Shown: piece by piece, positions 32,117 through 41,536 of the stretch
How the letters are laid out: every line of letters starts with the position of its first letter
Position numbering within the stretch: the first letter of the stretch is position 1
Origin: a virus
Lineage: Duplodnaviria; Caudoviricetes
Length of the DNA: 64,000 nt
Virus record (IMG/VR): IMGVR_UViG_3300021255_002539
Span: 96,001-160,000 of that record
Strand: one strand, 5' to 3'
Translations under genes and position numbers: made by a program
The notes under the pieces: model-generated
The model's database searches: none
Told to the model about the DNA's origin: nothing
Seen by the model: only the letters and a program-made list of their open reading frames with translations

Positions 32117-33688
32117 TCAAACAACCACCATCTCCACGCCATCTACCATCTTGACCACTCCATCTGGAACCCACACATCCAGTTCCAATTTGTCGAAGTC
32201 CTTGAAGTCGAATGGCACATACATCACAGTTGATCCCTTCCACTTCTCCTTCTCAATCGACCCAATTGCGTCTGCACACATCTCCACGATGCTATGGTTC
32301 CTGGACTTCCCCGAGAGTATCTTCTTGTCTATGGGCAGGACATTCAAGTCAGCTTCCTTGAAGGACTCCTTGAACCGATTGTTGTCGGTTAGGAACACCA
32401 CAGTTGGGTTGATTCCATGACCTGGGTTGTATTCTGACTCAATCTTGTTCTTGAAATCCACAAAGTCCTTGAACTCAAGTCCAAAGCAGTCCTTCACGAT
32501 TGTACATACGAACAAAGGATGCTTCTCGTCTGGGGTACCGAGTCTGTTGCGCATCTCCTGATAGTACGAACCACTTATGTCCTGGTTGTCCTCAATGTTG
32601 TTTTGAAGCAGTTTTCTGATTGCGTCCACACTCGCCAGACCTGACTTCCACACAGGAATGCCATTTCCACCATCCTCAATCAAACTGTCAATGTCCTTTA
32701 CGCCAGCTGCATTCAGAAGTCTGGTTATGGCTTCGTACTTGCCACCTGGATCGCCATGCCACACATGGCAGGCGATGTTGTTTGCATACCCAAGTGATAG
32801 ATTGTACCCCAGGGCGTGTGGGTTGTCCAACTTGAACGAGGATGTCCACTTCTTGAATGGCGCGAATGTGGATTGTCCCATCAAGGTGTGGAATGTGCGC
32901 AGGTCGTCGAGAATCAGAGCTGGCTTGAACTTGCCAATCTCCTGCCACGCCTTTTTGGTCATTCCAATGGTGAATCCACAATGCGAGTTCTCCACGGTCC
33001 TCTTCACTGCCCATCTATACCCTATGCTTTCATGCAGGGAACAAGAATCGTCAGCCTGACAATACTGGTGCGAGGCAAGGGACAACACATCCAGTCCCGA
33101 ATCGAATGCGTCTCGGCACTTCTCCACCCAATCGGAGTTGCACATCACCACATCAGAGTCCAAGAAGCACAGTCTGTCCTCGACGCAATTCTCGACGCCG
33201 ATGTTCCACAAGGGGTTCTTGAGTAGAATTCCATCGCTGTTTGAGGTTGTCTTCACGAAGATGTGCCTTATGCCATACTTCTTTACCCAATTGAACACAC
33301 ATTCTGACTTGCTCTTCTGTGCCTCAACGAACACCCATGTGCTGGGCTTCCTGGTCATTTGCAGGTTGAACTCCAGTGCCTGGGTGGTTGCGCTTATGCG
33401 GGAGATGTCGTTGCCATAGAAGCACTGAACCAACGCGATTCCATCAATGGTCTCGGTCTTCTGCTCCACCTTGTCGTATAGAACCTCTGGCGTATTTGCC
33501 TCCCCAAGCAAAACCCTCAACTTCTCCAAAAGAGTTGGCTTGGAGTCGAATTTCATCATCGTTTCGTCTGTAATTGGATGTTCCATTGATGTACGCATAC
33601 ATATACAATTATACGACATCTGATCCTTTGGTGCTGCCTCTCTCCCCAAGCCAGATATAGATGTAGTAGGTGGTGATATATTTGTCAT
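32117..33688 (-). CDS. GT-A fold glycosyltransferase-like protein, paralogue of 28651-29793
   Basis: Shared ALVQCF.G, WVFVEAQ.S, LWNIG, FLDSDV and HVWHG motifs. Confidence 0.65.
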   Translation of the reverse strand: MTNISPPTTSISGLGREAAPKDQMSYNCICMRTSMEHPITDETMMKFDSKPTLLEKLRVLLGEANTPEVLYDKVEQKTETIDGIALVQCFYGNDISRISATTQALEFNLQMTRKPSTWVFVEAQKSKSECVFNWVKKYGIRHIFVKTTSNSDGILLKNPLWNIGVENCVEDRLCFLDSDVVMCNSDWVEKCRDAFDSGLDVLSLASHQYCQADDSCSLHESIGYRWAVKRTVENSHCGFTIGMTKKAWQEIGKFKPALILDDLRTFHTLMGQSTFAPFKKWTSSFKLDNPHALGYNLSLGYANNIACHVWHGDPGGKYEAITRLLNAAGVKDIDSLIEDGGNGIPVWKSGLASVDAIRKLLQNNIEDNQDISGSYYQEMRNRLGTPDEKHPLFVCTIVKDCFGLEFKDFVDFKNKIESEYNPGHGINPTVVFLTDNNRFKESFKEADLNVLPIDKKILSGKSRNHSIVEMCADAIGSIEKEKWKGSTVMYVPFDFKDFDKLELDVWVPDGVVKMVDGVEMVVV

Positions 33689-33968
33689 TGAGGCGGTAGT
33701 GACCCTCGTTCAACTCAACGCCCTTGACCTCCTTGTTGAAAAGCTCAACCTGGTCGAAGAGATATGCGATGGCGTCCTCAGACCTGTCGAAGTCGTGGTT
33801 GCCCATGTCCGTGACATGCTCCATCACCCGAAACACGATGTCGTTGCCAGTGCAACTGGCAATCGTCTCCATCAATTCGTCGAAGAATCCTGGGTCAGTG
33901 TAGTGTGTCATGCCATTCTTGATCCCATTGCAGAACTGCACCAAGTTACATTCCATGTCTTCCATCAT
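33609..33968 (-). CDS. Hypothetical protein (tandem paralogue family)
   Basis: GGAGG RBS; YLFDQVEL motif shared with its neighbours. Confidence 0.6.
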   Translation of the reverse strand: MMEDMECNLVQFCNGIKNGMTHYTDPGFFDELMETIASCTGNDIVFRVMEHVTDMGNHDFDRSEDAIAYLFDQVELFNKEVKGVELNEGHYRLNDKYITTYYIYIWLGERGSTKGSDVV

Positions 33969-33999
33969 CAATCCTCCACTTTTCCACCAAGACAAGTTG

Positions 34000-34377
34000 T
34001 CAGGTCTTGGGGTTCTTGGAAATGCGCATCCTGACCAAATCAAGTATGGATTCGCTTCCTATAAGTGCCTTTGGGTAATATTCCAATTTGACTATGTACC
34101 ATCTGTTCAGCTCAACCTTGTCGAATAGATATGGGATGATTTCGTCCACGCCATAGTAGTCGTCAATGGACTTGACTATGCCACCGATGTCCTCAAATGG
34201 CTTGAAGTATATCCCCCTCCTGGGGCAATTGGATACAATCTCAAGCAGCTCCTGGAACTTGTCCCCAGCTCCAAGGGCAAGTGGATTGTCCTTGAGCAGA
34301 AGATCAGACTCGTTGATGTATTCCACCAGTCTGCAGATCTGCCCTCTTTCAATTGTCCCAAGCATGTCGTTTCCCAT
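34000..34377 (-). CDS. Hypothetical protein (tandem paralogue family)
   Basis: YLFDKVEL motif. Confidence 0.6.
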   Translation of the reverse strand: MGNDMLGTIERGQICRLVEYINESDLLLKDNPLALGAGDKFQELLEIVSNCPRRGIYFKPFEDIGGIVKSIDDYYGVDEIIPYLFDKVELNRWYIVKLEYYPKALIGSESILDLVRMRISKNPKT

Positions 34378-34378
34378 A

Positions 34379-34765
34379 TCACGCCTTCCTCTCCTCCACA
34401 TACAGGTAATACACCCACCTCTCTTCGCCGTACATGAGTTTGACCGAGCCAATTTCAGTATGTAGAACCTCCCAACCAGATGTACCGCACTTGTCGAAAA
34501 GGAAGTCGCAGAATTCCTGGGTGTTCATGTAGTCCCCATACATCCTCCATGCTATTGGATGCTTGTTGAGGTTCTTGAACTTGAAGTTTGTGTGTTCGCC
34601 GAGATATATGCCGAAGACAAATCTTGTGTGGGGCTCGTCTGGGATGGCATTCACGAAGTCTGATATGAAGTCAGCAGTGGATGTGCACTTGTCCTCGTAC
34701 TTGCTGAACACCTGCCATATCTTGTTCGTCTCCATTGGGTCGTCTATGTTGTCATAGCAATCCAT
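34379..34765 (-). CDS. Hypothetical protein (tandem paralogue family)
   Basis: FLFDKCG motif. Confidence 0.6.
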   Translation of the reverse strand: MDCYDNIDDPMETNKIWQVFSKYEDKCTSTADFISDFVNAIPDEPHTRFVFGIYLGEHTNFKFKNLNKHPIAWRMYGDYMNTQEFCDFLFDKCGTSGWEVLHTEIGSVKLMYGEERWVYYLYVEERKA

Positions 34766-34783
34766 ATCACACCTTCCTCTCCA

Positions 34784-35146
34784 CTATTGAACATCCCTGT
34801 AAACCCAAATCTCCCAGAACAGAAACCCTCCCCTATGATGACCCTCCCGAAGCCTCCATACATCATAGCCCTTGCATCCACACAGGTCAAAGACGCATTC
34901 AAGGATGGATTTCTCGTCCTGCGAAATGTACTTATTCAGATTGTATTTCCCATTCTTCTTATCCTTGGAGCAGAGGAAGATGTCGAATTGGGGTGACTTG
35001 CCTTGGTTCTCCTTGGACGAAAGTATTTCAGTCAAGCGAGTCATGAATTCCCCAGTGTCAATGTGTTCATCGTAGGAACACAAGAACATATGAGCCAACT
35101 CAGATATGTAATGGCTCTTGTGGGCATTTGTCGCTAGGTTATACAT
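34784..35146 (-). CDS. Hypothetical protein (tandem paralogue family); ends in TAG in frame with the next gene
   Basis: VFDLCG motif. Confidence 0.55.
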   Translation of the reverse strand: MYNLATNAHKSHYISELAHMFLCSYDEHIDTGEFMTRLTEILSSKENQGKSPQFDIFLCSKDKKNGKYNLNKYISQDEKSILECVFDLCGCKGYDVWRLREGHHRGGFLFWEIWVYRDVQ

Positions 35147-35876
35147 ACTCGATGGTGGAGCGGATGTCAACGATGTCGATGTCAACGCCATACTTGAAGG
35201 AAATCTCCTGGCGAAGCTCGTTGATCTTGGTCTGGAGCTTCACATCAGCAAAGTCCTTCTTGGATGACTTCATGTGGACGGCGAAGCAAAGACGCGCCTT
35301 GTTGTCCTTGGTCAGATTCACCTTCACAGTGTTCGCGTCGATGCTGAACTCCTGAGGGATGCCCGTGCCAGACAGGTCCTTGGCGAAGGTTGCCTTGACA
35401 TTGCCAACCAGCTCGGAGTTGAAGTGGTTGACTGTCTTGCGCTTGTCCCCGAAGGTGAATATCTTCGTGGTCTTGGATGGTTCGTTGAAGTCGTAGATGC
35501 AAGCAACGCCAAATACCTCGCCCAATCGCTTGGTCATGACCTTCTTCCAGGTGGACTTGGAGTTGATGTGTTTAGCGTCCTTGTTGAACGTTCCCTTGGT
35601 CAACTTGTCCTTGATGGAAGCCACCACCTTGGGCCAGGAGGCGTTCTCGTAGACCTTGACGACCCCATAGCCATCGTCAGCCTCAAGTTCGACTATGGCA
35701 ATCATCCTCTGGGCTGCGGACGAGCCATCCCAGCATTTGCCCTTCACAGCAAGACCATAGTAGAGAATCTTTATTGCCGACAGATTGCAAGACTTCGCGT
35801 AATCGTGGAGTGCCTGCTCAGTGGGAAGTCCGCCATTGGGATTGCCGTAGATGATGATATCGTGCCACTTCTTCAT
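35139..35876 (-). CDS. Hypothetical early protein
   Basis: 245-aa ORF with AAGGAG RBS behind a sigma70 promoter. Confidence 0.75.
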   Translation of the reverse strand: MKKWHDIIIYGNPNGGLPTEQALHDYAKSCNLSAIKILYYGLAVKGKCWDGSSAAQRMIAIVELEADDGYGVVKVYENASWPKVVASIKDKLTKGTFNKDAKHINSKSTWKKVMTKRLGEVFGVACIYDFNEPSKTTKIFTFGDKRKTVNHFNSELVGNVKATFAKDLSGTGIPQEFSIDANTVKVNLTKDNKARLCFAVHMKSSKKDFADVKLQTKINELRQEISFKYGVDIDIVDIRSTIEYV

Positions 35877-35890
35877 TGCCGTTCTCCTTT

Positions 35891-35960
35891 GGTGAACTCA
35901 TGGGCATCACCTTTCCCTCACAACACCTATATTATAGCATATTCAGATTCGGTTTGTCAA
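35891..35960 (-). promoter_or_regulatory. Early sigma70-type promoter with conserved leader hairpin
   Basis: TTGACA-N18-TATAAT; GTTGTGAGGGAAA; GGTGA/TCACC hairpin. Confidence 0.75.
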
Positions 35961-36086
35961 TACCCCCTATGAGGGTATTACGGATATCCTTCGGACATCC
36001 TTCAATACCCCCTATCAGATTTCTGTTTTGGTATTTGAGGGGTTTTTTGTAAATACTATAAAGAACCATCTATTACATTCAAAACC

Positions 36087-36434
36087 ATGAAGAACTGGAT
36101 TATAAGGCAATTGTTGAAGATGCTGTCCTATGACACCCTTGTGGAGATCATAGCAAAGGCATTGGCGTACATAATGGAATATGCCAGAAAGCACTCTTCC
36201 GAGGAAGGGTGGGAGAAGGCCAAGTTGGCAGTGAAGCAAGTCAAGAACTGGACAACCCTCCTGGACGAGGTTTACGAGGACGACACCCTCACGCCCGACG
36301 AGGAGAAGAAGATTGCAGACGCCATCTCAGGATGCACTGCAATTGAATCCATCTACGAACTTGTGACTGGGAACAAGAAGAAACCCACGAAGAAAACCAC
36401 CAAGAAAACGACAAAGAGAGGAAATAGGAAATGA
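36087..36434 (+). CDS. Hypothetical protein with a Lys/Thr-rich tail
   Basis: ORF downstream of the GTAAATA motif at 36049. Confidence 0.7.
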   Translation: MKNWIIRQLLKMLSYDTLVEIIAKALAYIMEYARKHSSEEGWEKAKLAVKQVKNWTTLLDEVYEDDTLTPDEEKKIADAISGCTAIESIYELVTGNKKKPTKKTTKKTTKRGNRK

Positions 36435-37048
36435 GAACGAGAAAACCACTGTTCAGGGAATCTGCTGACGAAGCAACCCTCAAGGACATCGAGAGGACAT
36501 ATGGCCAGAAGACCGCGCAAGCCCTGGACAAGTACTGCAAGTTGTTCAAGAAGACCCCAACCAATGTGGTCTCTGACTTGAAGGCTGACGGAAATGGCAT
36601 GACAGAGTGGGACAAGTTCGATGTCTGGGCGAAAAGGAAACTCAAAGTCGACATCATGGACAACTTCGACGACACTGTTGACTGGACTGGCGCAGAGGGA
36701 AGGGATGCCGCCGACAAGAAGGACATGAAAAGGCGCGAGTAGGACGAACTTCGGGCCACACGGAAGATCAAGAGGGGTCTCAGGGAACTTCGCAAGAACA
36801 AGCAGGACTTAAAGAAGGTCAGAAGGGGCTTGAGGAATGGAAGGAGACTGACCAGGGAATCCATGGAACCTGAGTTTGAGCCAATGAGCGCAGCTACCAT
36901 CGCTGACTGGCTGAACGACCAACTGTCCAAGAGGGGCTTGGTTGGTCATGTTGGCACGGTAAAGGTGGATGGAGATGGAACTGCGAGGTTCAGCGCCGAG
37001 ACCGAAGATGGGGGCTTGTTCAGCATCACTGTAAGCGACATTGGCTGA
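36431..37048 (+). CDS. Hypothetical protein (one in-frame TAG), possible internal head protein
   Basis: ORFs 36431-36742 and 36830-37048 join through TAG; LFRES and LTRES motifs. Confidence 0.65.
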
Positions 37049-37107
37049 ATGCCGATGCAGTGAATATGCTTTACGGCATGACCTGATGGCAATTGGTTCA
37101 GTGTGGT

Positions 37108-37374
37108 TCAGCACTGAACCTTGCTTTTTCTGGAGTCCTTCTCCTTGGTGAGTTTCCACATCTTGTCCCAAAGGTCCAGATGCTCGTCCTTGCTCAACTT
37201 GATGCAGTCCTTGTACTTGTCTGGATGGCAATTCGCGTTTTGGCTGTTTGACAGGGTCTCGTGGCAATAGTCAAGATACAAGTCCAATTCGTCGTCAGAT
37301 AGGCTTTCTGGGTTGACCGTATCCAAAGTGAAAACCCCCTCGTCTCCCTCCACCAATTTGTATAGTTCAATCAT
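37108..37374 (-). CDS. Hypothetical protein
   Basis: ATGA overlap with the gp47-like gene. Confidence 0.6.
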   Translation of the reverse strand: MIELYKLVEGDEGVFTLDTVNPESLSDDELDLYLDYCHETLSNSQNANCHPDKYKDCIKLSKDEHLDLWDKMWKLTKEKDSRKSKVQC

Positions 37375-38540
37375 GCTGACGCCCTGTTGTAGTATTCCTT
37401 CATCATCTCTGACAGTTTCGCGTTGTCAATCGCGGGATGGTCAATCTTGTCAATCTGCTTCTGGATGTAGTCGAACTTGTCCACCACAGCAACCAAATCC
37501 TCTGCAGAACCACCTTGCTCCCCATCTTGCTCTCCCTCGGAAACACCCAGGACGAACACAGAACTGTCCTCCTCGTAGACTCCAGCCCCCTCCACCAATT
37601 TGTCCATCTGGGCGCGCTGTTCCTCTGTAAGCACGACATCGTAGCACCTTCTGACCACAGATCCCCTCAACTGGGACTCGTCCAGTGTGCCATTCACCAT
37701 GTCAGACGCATATACCGTGACGAACTTGGGGACAGACGCGCTCACATGGAATGTCTCCTTGTTGCTCTCGTCCAGAATGTAGTATCCATGCAGTTTCTTC
37801 TCGTCGGGCAGACGCTTCATGTCGTGTACCTGGTACTGGGGAGAACCAACTATGTTCCACGTCCTGTTGGCGAATGTCAAGGTCTCGTGGTCGTGGATGT
37901 GACCCATGTAAATCGTGGAGTAGTCGTGCGTATGATGGAGTATCTCCGACACGATGTTCCCTTCCTCCACATCAGAATAGTTCCTGCTTCCACTCTTGTA
38001 TGCGTCAACGTACTTCTGACCCTTGTACTTGATGTCGCCAGAATAGGATATGTCGAAGTGCCCCATCATCATGTCGTAGTTGTCGTCCAGACCCTGCGCC
38101 TTGATGTGTTCGCCAAGGGTGGTGCCGCATAGCCACGGGACGAGAAGGACAGACTGACCATTCAGCTTCACCTCCCTGGGTACCGAGATCAACTCCACAT
38201 TGTTCAGGTCGAATATGTTGAGGGATGTGATTACAGAGTTGTACTTCTCGTATAGGTCGTGGTTTCCCTGAAGCAGGAACACCCTGCACACAGAAGCCAA
38301 TTTCCTCACCAAGTCGTTCGCCACATTGAGGGATGTCACCTCTATGGATGTGCGCTGATGGAACAGGTCTCCGAGGAAGAACACCTGCTTGATGCCCTCT
38401 GTCTCAATTCGGCCAACCAGTTCATCCACCAAATCCTCGGCTATCTTCTGCCTGGACGCCTTGTCGTTCGATATTCCAACATGCAGGTCGGTGAACACCA
38501 ACGACTTGCCAGTAAGTTCAATGTCAGTTTTCGTTTTCAT
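37371..38540 (-). CDS. Recombination endonuclease subunit, T4 gp47/Mre11/SbcD-like metallophosphoesterase
   Basis: FTDLH, LGDLF, GNHD, MGHF, GHIH, GSP motifs. Confidence 0.85.
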   Translation of the reverse strand: MKTKTDIELTGKSLVFTDLHVGISNDKASRQKIAEDLVDELVGRIETEGIKQVFFLGDLFHQRTSIEVTSLNVANDLVRKLASVCRVFLLQGNHDLYEKYNSVITSLNIFDLNNVELISVPREVKLNGQSVLLVPWLCGTTLGEHIKAQGLDDNYDMMMGHFDISYSGDIKYKGQKYVDAYKSGSRNYSDVEEGNIVSEILHHTHDYSTIYMGHIHDHETLTFANRTWNIVGSPQYQVHDMKRLPDEKKLHGYYILDESNKETFHVSASVPKFVTVYASDMVNGTLDESQLRGSVVRRCYDVVLTEEQRAQMDKLVEGAGVYEEDSSVFVLGVSEGEQDGEQGGSAEDLVAVVDKFDYIQKQIDKIDHPAIDNAKLSEMMKEYYNRASA

Positions 38541-39366
38541 CTGTATTGTCAATTATATCGGTTTTGGTGGCTTCAACCTATCGCCTTTGCTGAAGCTCAA
38601 GCATCTTCTTGTAGTATGTGTCAGTGTACATCCTGTCGAAGTAGTCTGTGAAGTTTGGTATCGTCCTGTTGAATGTGGACTTGATTTCCACGGCAATCGC
38701 AGAGTACTCTCCGACATGATCGTAGTACCTTCCCTTGAACACCTCCCATGCGTCCTGCATCTCGTAGTGTTCGTAGCAGTCCCGTATCTTCTGAGCCAAC
38801 TCTGGCATGAATGGAAGGAGCAGGAGGGGAAAGTCTCCAGACATCACATACTTGTCCAACCTATGCTGCTCTGCCAATGTCTTCACGCACTGGGATGGCT
38901 CGTTGTACCCAAGCGAGTAGGTGAGGTGCAGGTACTTCTTCACGGCGGACTTGAACCTCTCCACCAACTTCTGCCGCCCCTCGACCAACCTTCTGTTCCT
39001 CAAGAACCGCTTGGTCTCGTCAATCACGATTCCAACCAAATGCTCCATTCCGACACAGTTCTTTGGCACATGCACAGCCCTCTCAGCGACCTTCTTGAAC
39101 ACAATGTGCCTCTCGCGTTCGTCCACATTGTTCTTCAGAAACAACTCGTACATCCTGTCGAAGTGCCTCTTGAACTTCCTGTACAGCGACTTCCCATCGT
39201 AGTTGTCTATGTACGCCTTGGACACATTCCTCACAATCCCATTGTCGTTGTATACCTTGATGTACAACGACAGAACCCTGGCGATGTCGGTTGGGGAGAT
39301 GATGTTCTCCTTCCCCAAAACTGCATGCAGGTTCTCAATGTACGGGTTGTCGCTTGTAGCCATCAA
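38524..39366 (-). CDS. Hypothetical protein (TAG at 38578; ends TGA at 38524 under code 15)
   Basis: 262-aa ORF plus a short read-through tail. Confidence 0.65.
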
Positions 39367-39760
39367 TTATCTTCTTTACTATGTTCGCTGTCCTCTTCCC
39401 TGTGTAGAAGTAGTATCCATATACAGCATATATCGTCTACAGAATCCTGTCTATGCCAAAACCCCACTGGTCTTGGAACTGATGCACAAACCCCTCGTCC
39501 ATCAAGAAGGTCTTAATGTTCTTCAGAAGGGAGTCTGACAACGCCTTCAATTTCGCAACCCTGCAAGATGGCCTCATCCCCTCTATGCTCTGAACACGGG
39601 CGTAGAACTTGTCGGCAGACAGTTCTGGATACTTGTCCACAATCTTGCTGTATATGAAGTCGTACTCGTACAAGTCCTCGTTGTTGTCCCTGCATATGGA
39701 CACAGCACTTTGCTTCGTCGCAAATGGAAATCTATTGTCCCTACTGTCGTATTCAACCAT
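39335..39760 (-). CDS. Hypothetical protein (TAG at 39437; ends TGA at 39335 under code 15)
   Basis: Read-through closes the gap to the next gene. Confidence 0.55.
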
Positions 39761-39855
39761 TCGTCATACCTCTATGTCTTTTCCACCAACAATTGTCAAT
39801 ATAATTATACGACTTGTGTTGGAAATGGTAAATATTCCAAAAGGACGGCAATCAT

Positions 39856-40596
39856 ATGGGAACAAAGGAAAAGTCAAACCAGCACCTCAACCAAAATGGA
39901 CAGGGATTGGATGGCATCTACCGTGGGGAGGTGCGGAAGCAAATGTCAGATGGACGAGTAAAGGTGTTCGTCCCGGGCGTCTTTGACCCACAATTCGAGG
40001 CAGATGGCAACGAGGACTTCTTGCCCAATGCTGAGGTGATGCAGCCAGTATGGGCGAAGTCAATTGGACAGAGTGGGAGCTTTGGCCTTCCTGATGTCGG
40101 CGCCATCGTGTATGTGGTGTTCCTGAACCAAGATGCCAACTACCCATTGGTAATAGGCACTGTCCTCAACGCGACACCTGGATTCGGAAAGGCCAGTTGG
40201 AACAGGTTGATCAGGAAGAAGAAGTATGTCAAGCAGCTGCTCAAGAATGGGAATGCTGAGATTTCCCTGGACGAGAATGGTTCAATAGACCTCACAGTAA
40301 ACTCGATGGAAGGTGCTGCAGAGGAAGCTGGCTCCATGAAGGATTGTCACATAACCCTGGACAGAACCAACGTGAACAACAGGATCATATTGAGCGCGGA
40401 CGACATAGTGCTGGACTGCAGAAACCTGCTTCTCAAGTCCTTCAACACGCAGATAGACGCCGGGAACAAGGTCATAATCCATGGCCGCGGAGGAAGAGTC
40501 GCCATAATGTCGCCATCCATATTCGTGAACAGCAATTTGGGAAGTGGCACAAACGCCACTGTAATAAAGGGGGCAAGCGGAACGCTTGTTGTTTGA
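39856..40596 (+). CDS. Baseplate hub/spike protein, gp5/VgrG-like OB-fold
   Basis: GIYRGEV...GRVKVFVPG...LPDVGAIVYVVFLNQDANYPLVIG, then a beta-helix-like C-terminus. Confidence 0.8.
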   Translation: MGTKEKSNQHLNQNGQGLDGIYRGEVRKQMSDGRVKVFVPGVFDPQFEADGNEDFLPNAEVMQPVWAKSIGQSGSFGLPDVGAIVYVVFLNQDANYPLVIGTVLNATPGFGKASWNRLIRKKKYVKQLLKNGNAEISLDENGSIDLTVNSMEGAAEEAGSMKDCHITLDRTNVNNRIILSADDIVLDCRNLLLKSFNTQIDAGNKVIIHGRGGRVAIMSPSIFVNSNLGSGTNATVIKGASGTLVV

Positions 40597-40605
40597 GAAC
40601 AAACC

Positions 40606-41532
40606 ATGAAACTACCAACACTACTAACCACAACACTACTGGTATTCCTGCCATTCCTCCCACTGTGTGGTGGGGATTATCAGGCCAGGCTCACGATGGA
40701 GAACGACACCTTCCTGAAGAAGGACGACACCGACTACACGCACGGGACCAAGTTCGAGGTAATAGACCAAGAACGGGGACTGCACTACATGCTCCAATAG
40801 ACCATGTACTCGCCAAACGACCTGTCTCTGAAGCACCATGTCAAGGGGGATAGACCATATGCTGGCATGCTGATAGGTGGTGTTGGGTATGAGTTCTGGC
40901 AAGACGAGTCCAGTCCATGGTCGAACTATGGCGAGTTGGACTTTGGCGTGATTGGTCCTGCTGCTGGATGCAAGGAAACACAAACCTTCATACACAAGGT
41001 TCTGAACTGCCACAAACCCAATGGGTGGGACGATCAACTGCACAACGAGGTTGTTCTGAATGGACAGTGGTGGACAAAGTACAACTGGGATATATGCGAC
41101 TATGTTGCGTTTGTGCCAAAAGTCGGTGGTGCTGTCGGCAACATAGAGGACTTCGCTGAAATAGGTGCAGACTTGAAGATTGGATACAACATCAGAAGGG
41201 CAGCCAACAACGAGATCATGTTCTCCATGCCAGCACCCAGGGGAGTGGACGATCTTCTGTCCTGGAAGGAGAAGTTGTCCATATATGGTTATGTTGGCGC
41301 CAGTGAGAGGTTCTACCTGTACAACCACATGCTGCAGGGAAGTATGTTCAACAACAAGGACGACAAGCTAAAGGTCGACATAGAGAGGTTCGTAACAGAG
41401 GTCAGAGCTGGCATTGTCGCCCAATATGGCAGATTCTACATCATGTACTACGCCGTGTTCAGGACATACGAATACAAGCACCAGAAAAACCACCCTGACT
41501 TTGGTGGGATTGGAATAGGCTGGACATTCTAA
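40606..41532 (+). CDS. lpxR: LpxR-family lipid A 3'-O-deacylase-like outer-membrane beta-barrel (one in-frame TAG)
   Basis: Signal peptide, ENDTF, YTHG, Q(TAG)TMYSP, DRPYAG, GVIGP, QTFIH, GWDDQL, C-terminal aromatic WTF. Confidence 0.85.
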
Positions 41533-41536
41533 ACCA

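Noticed and set aside
35958-36015. Direct repeat CAATACCCCCTAT
   Set aside because: Only two copies; it looks like a local duplication of the promoter's upstream flank.
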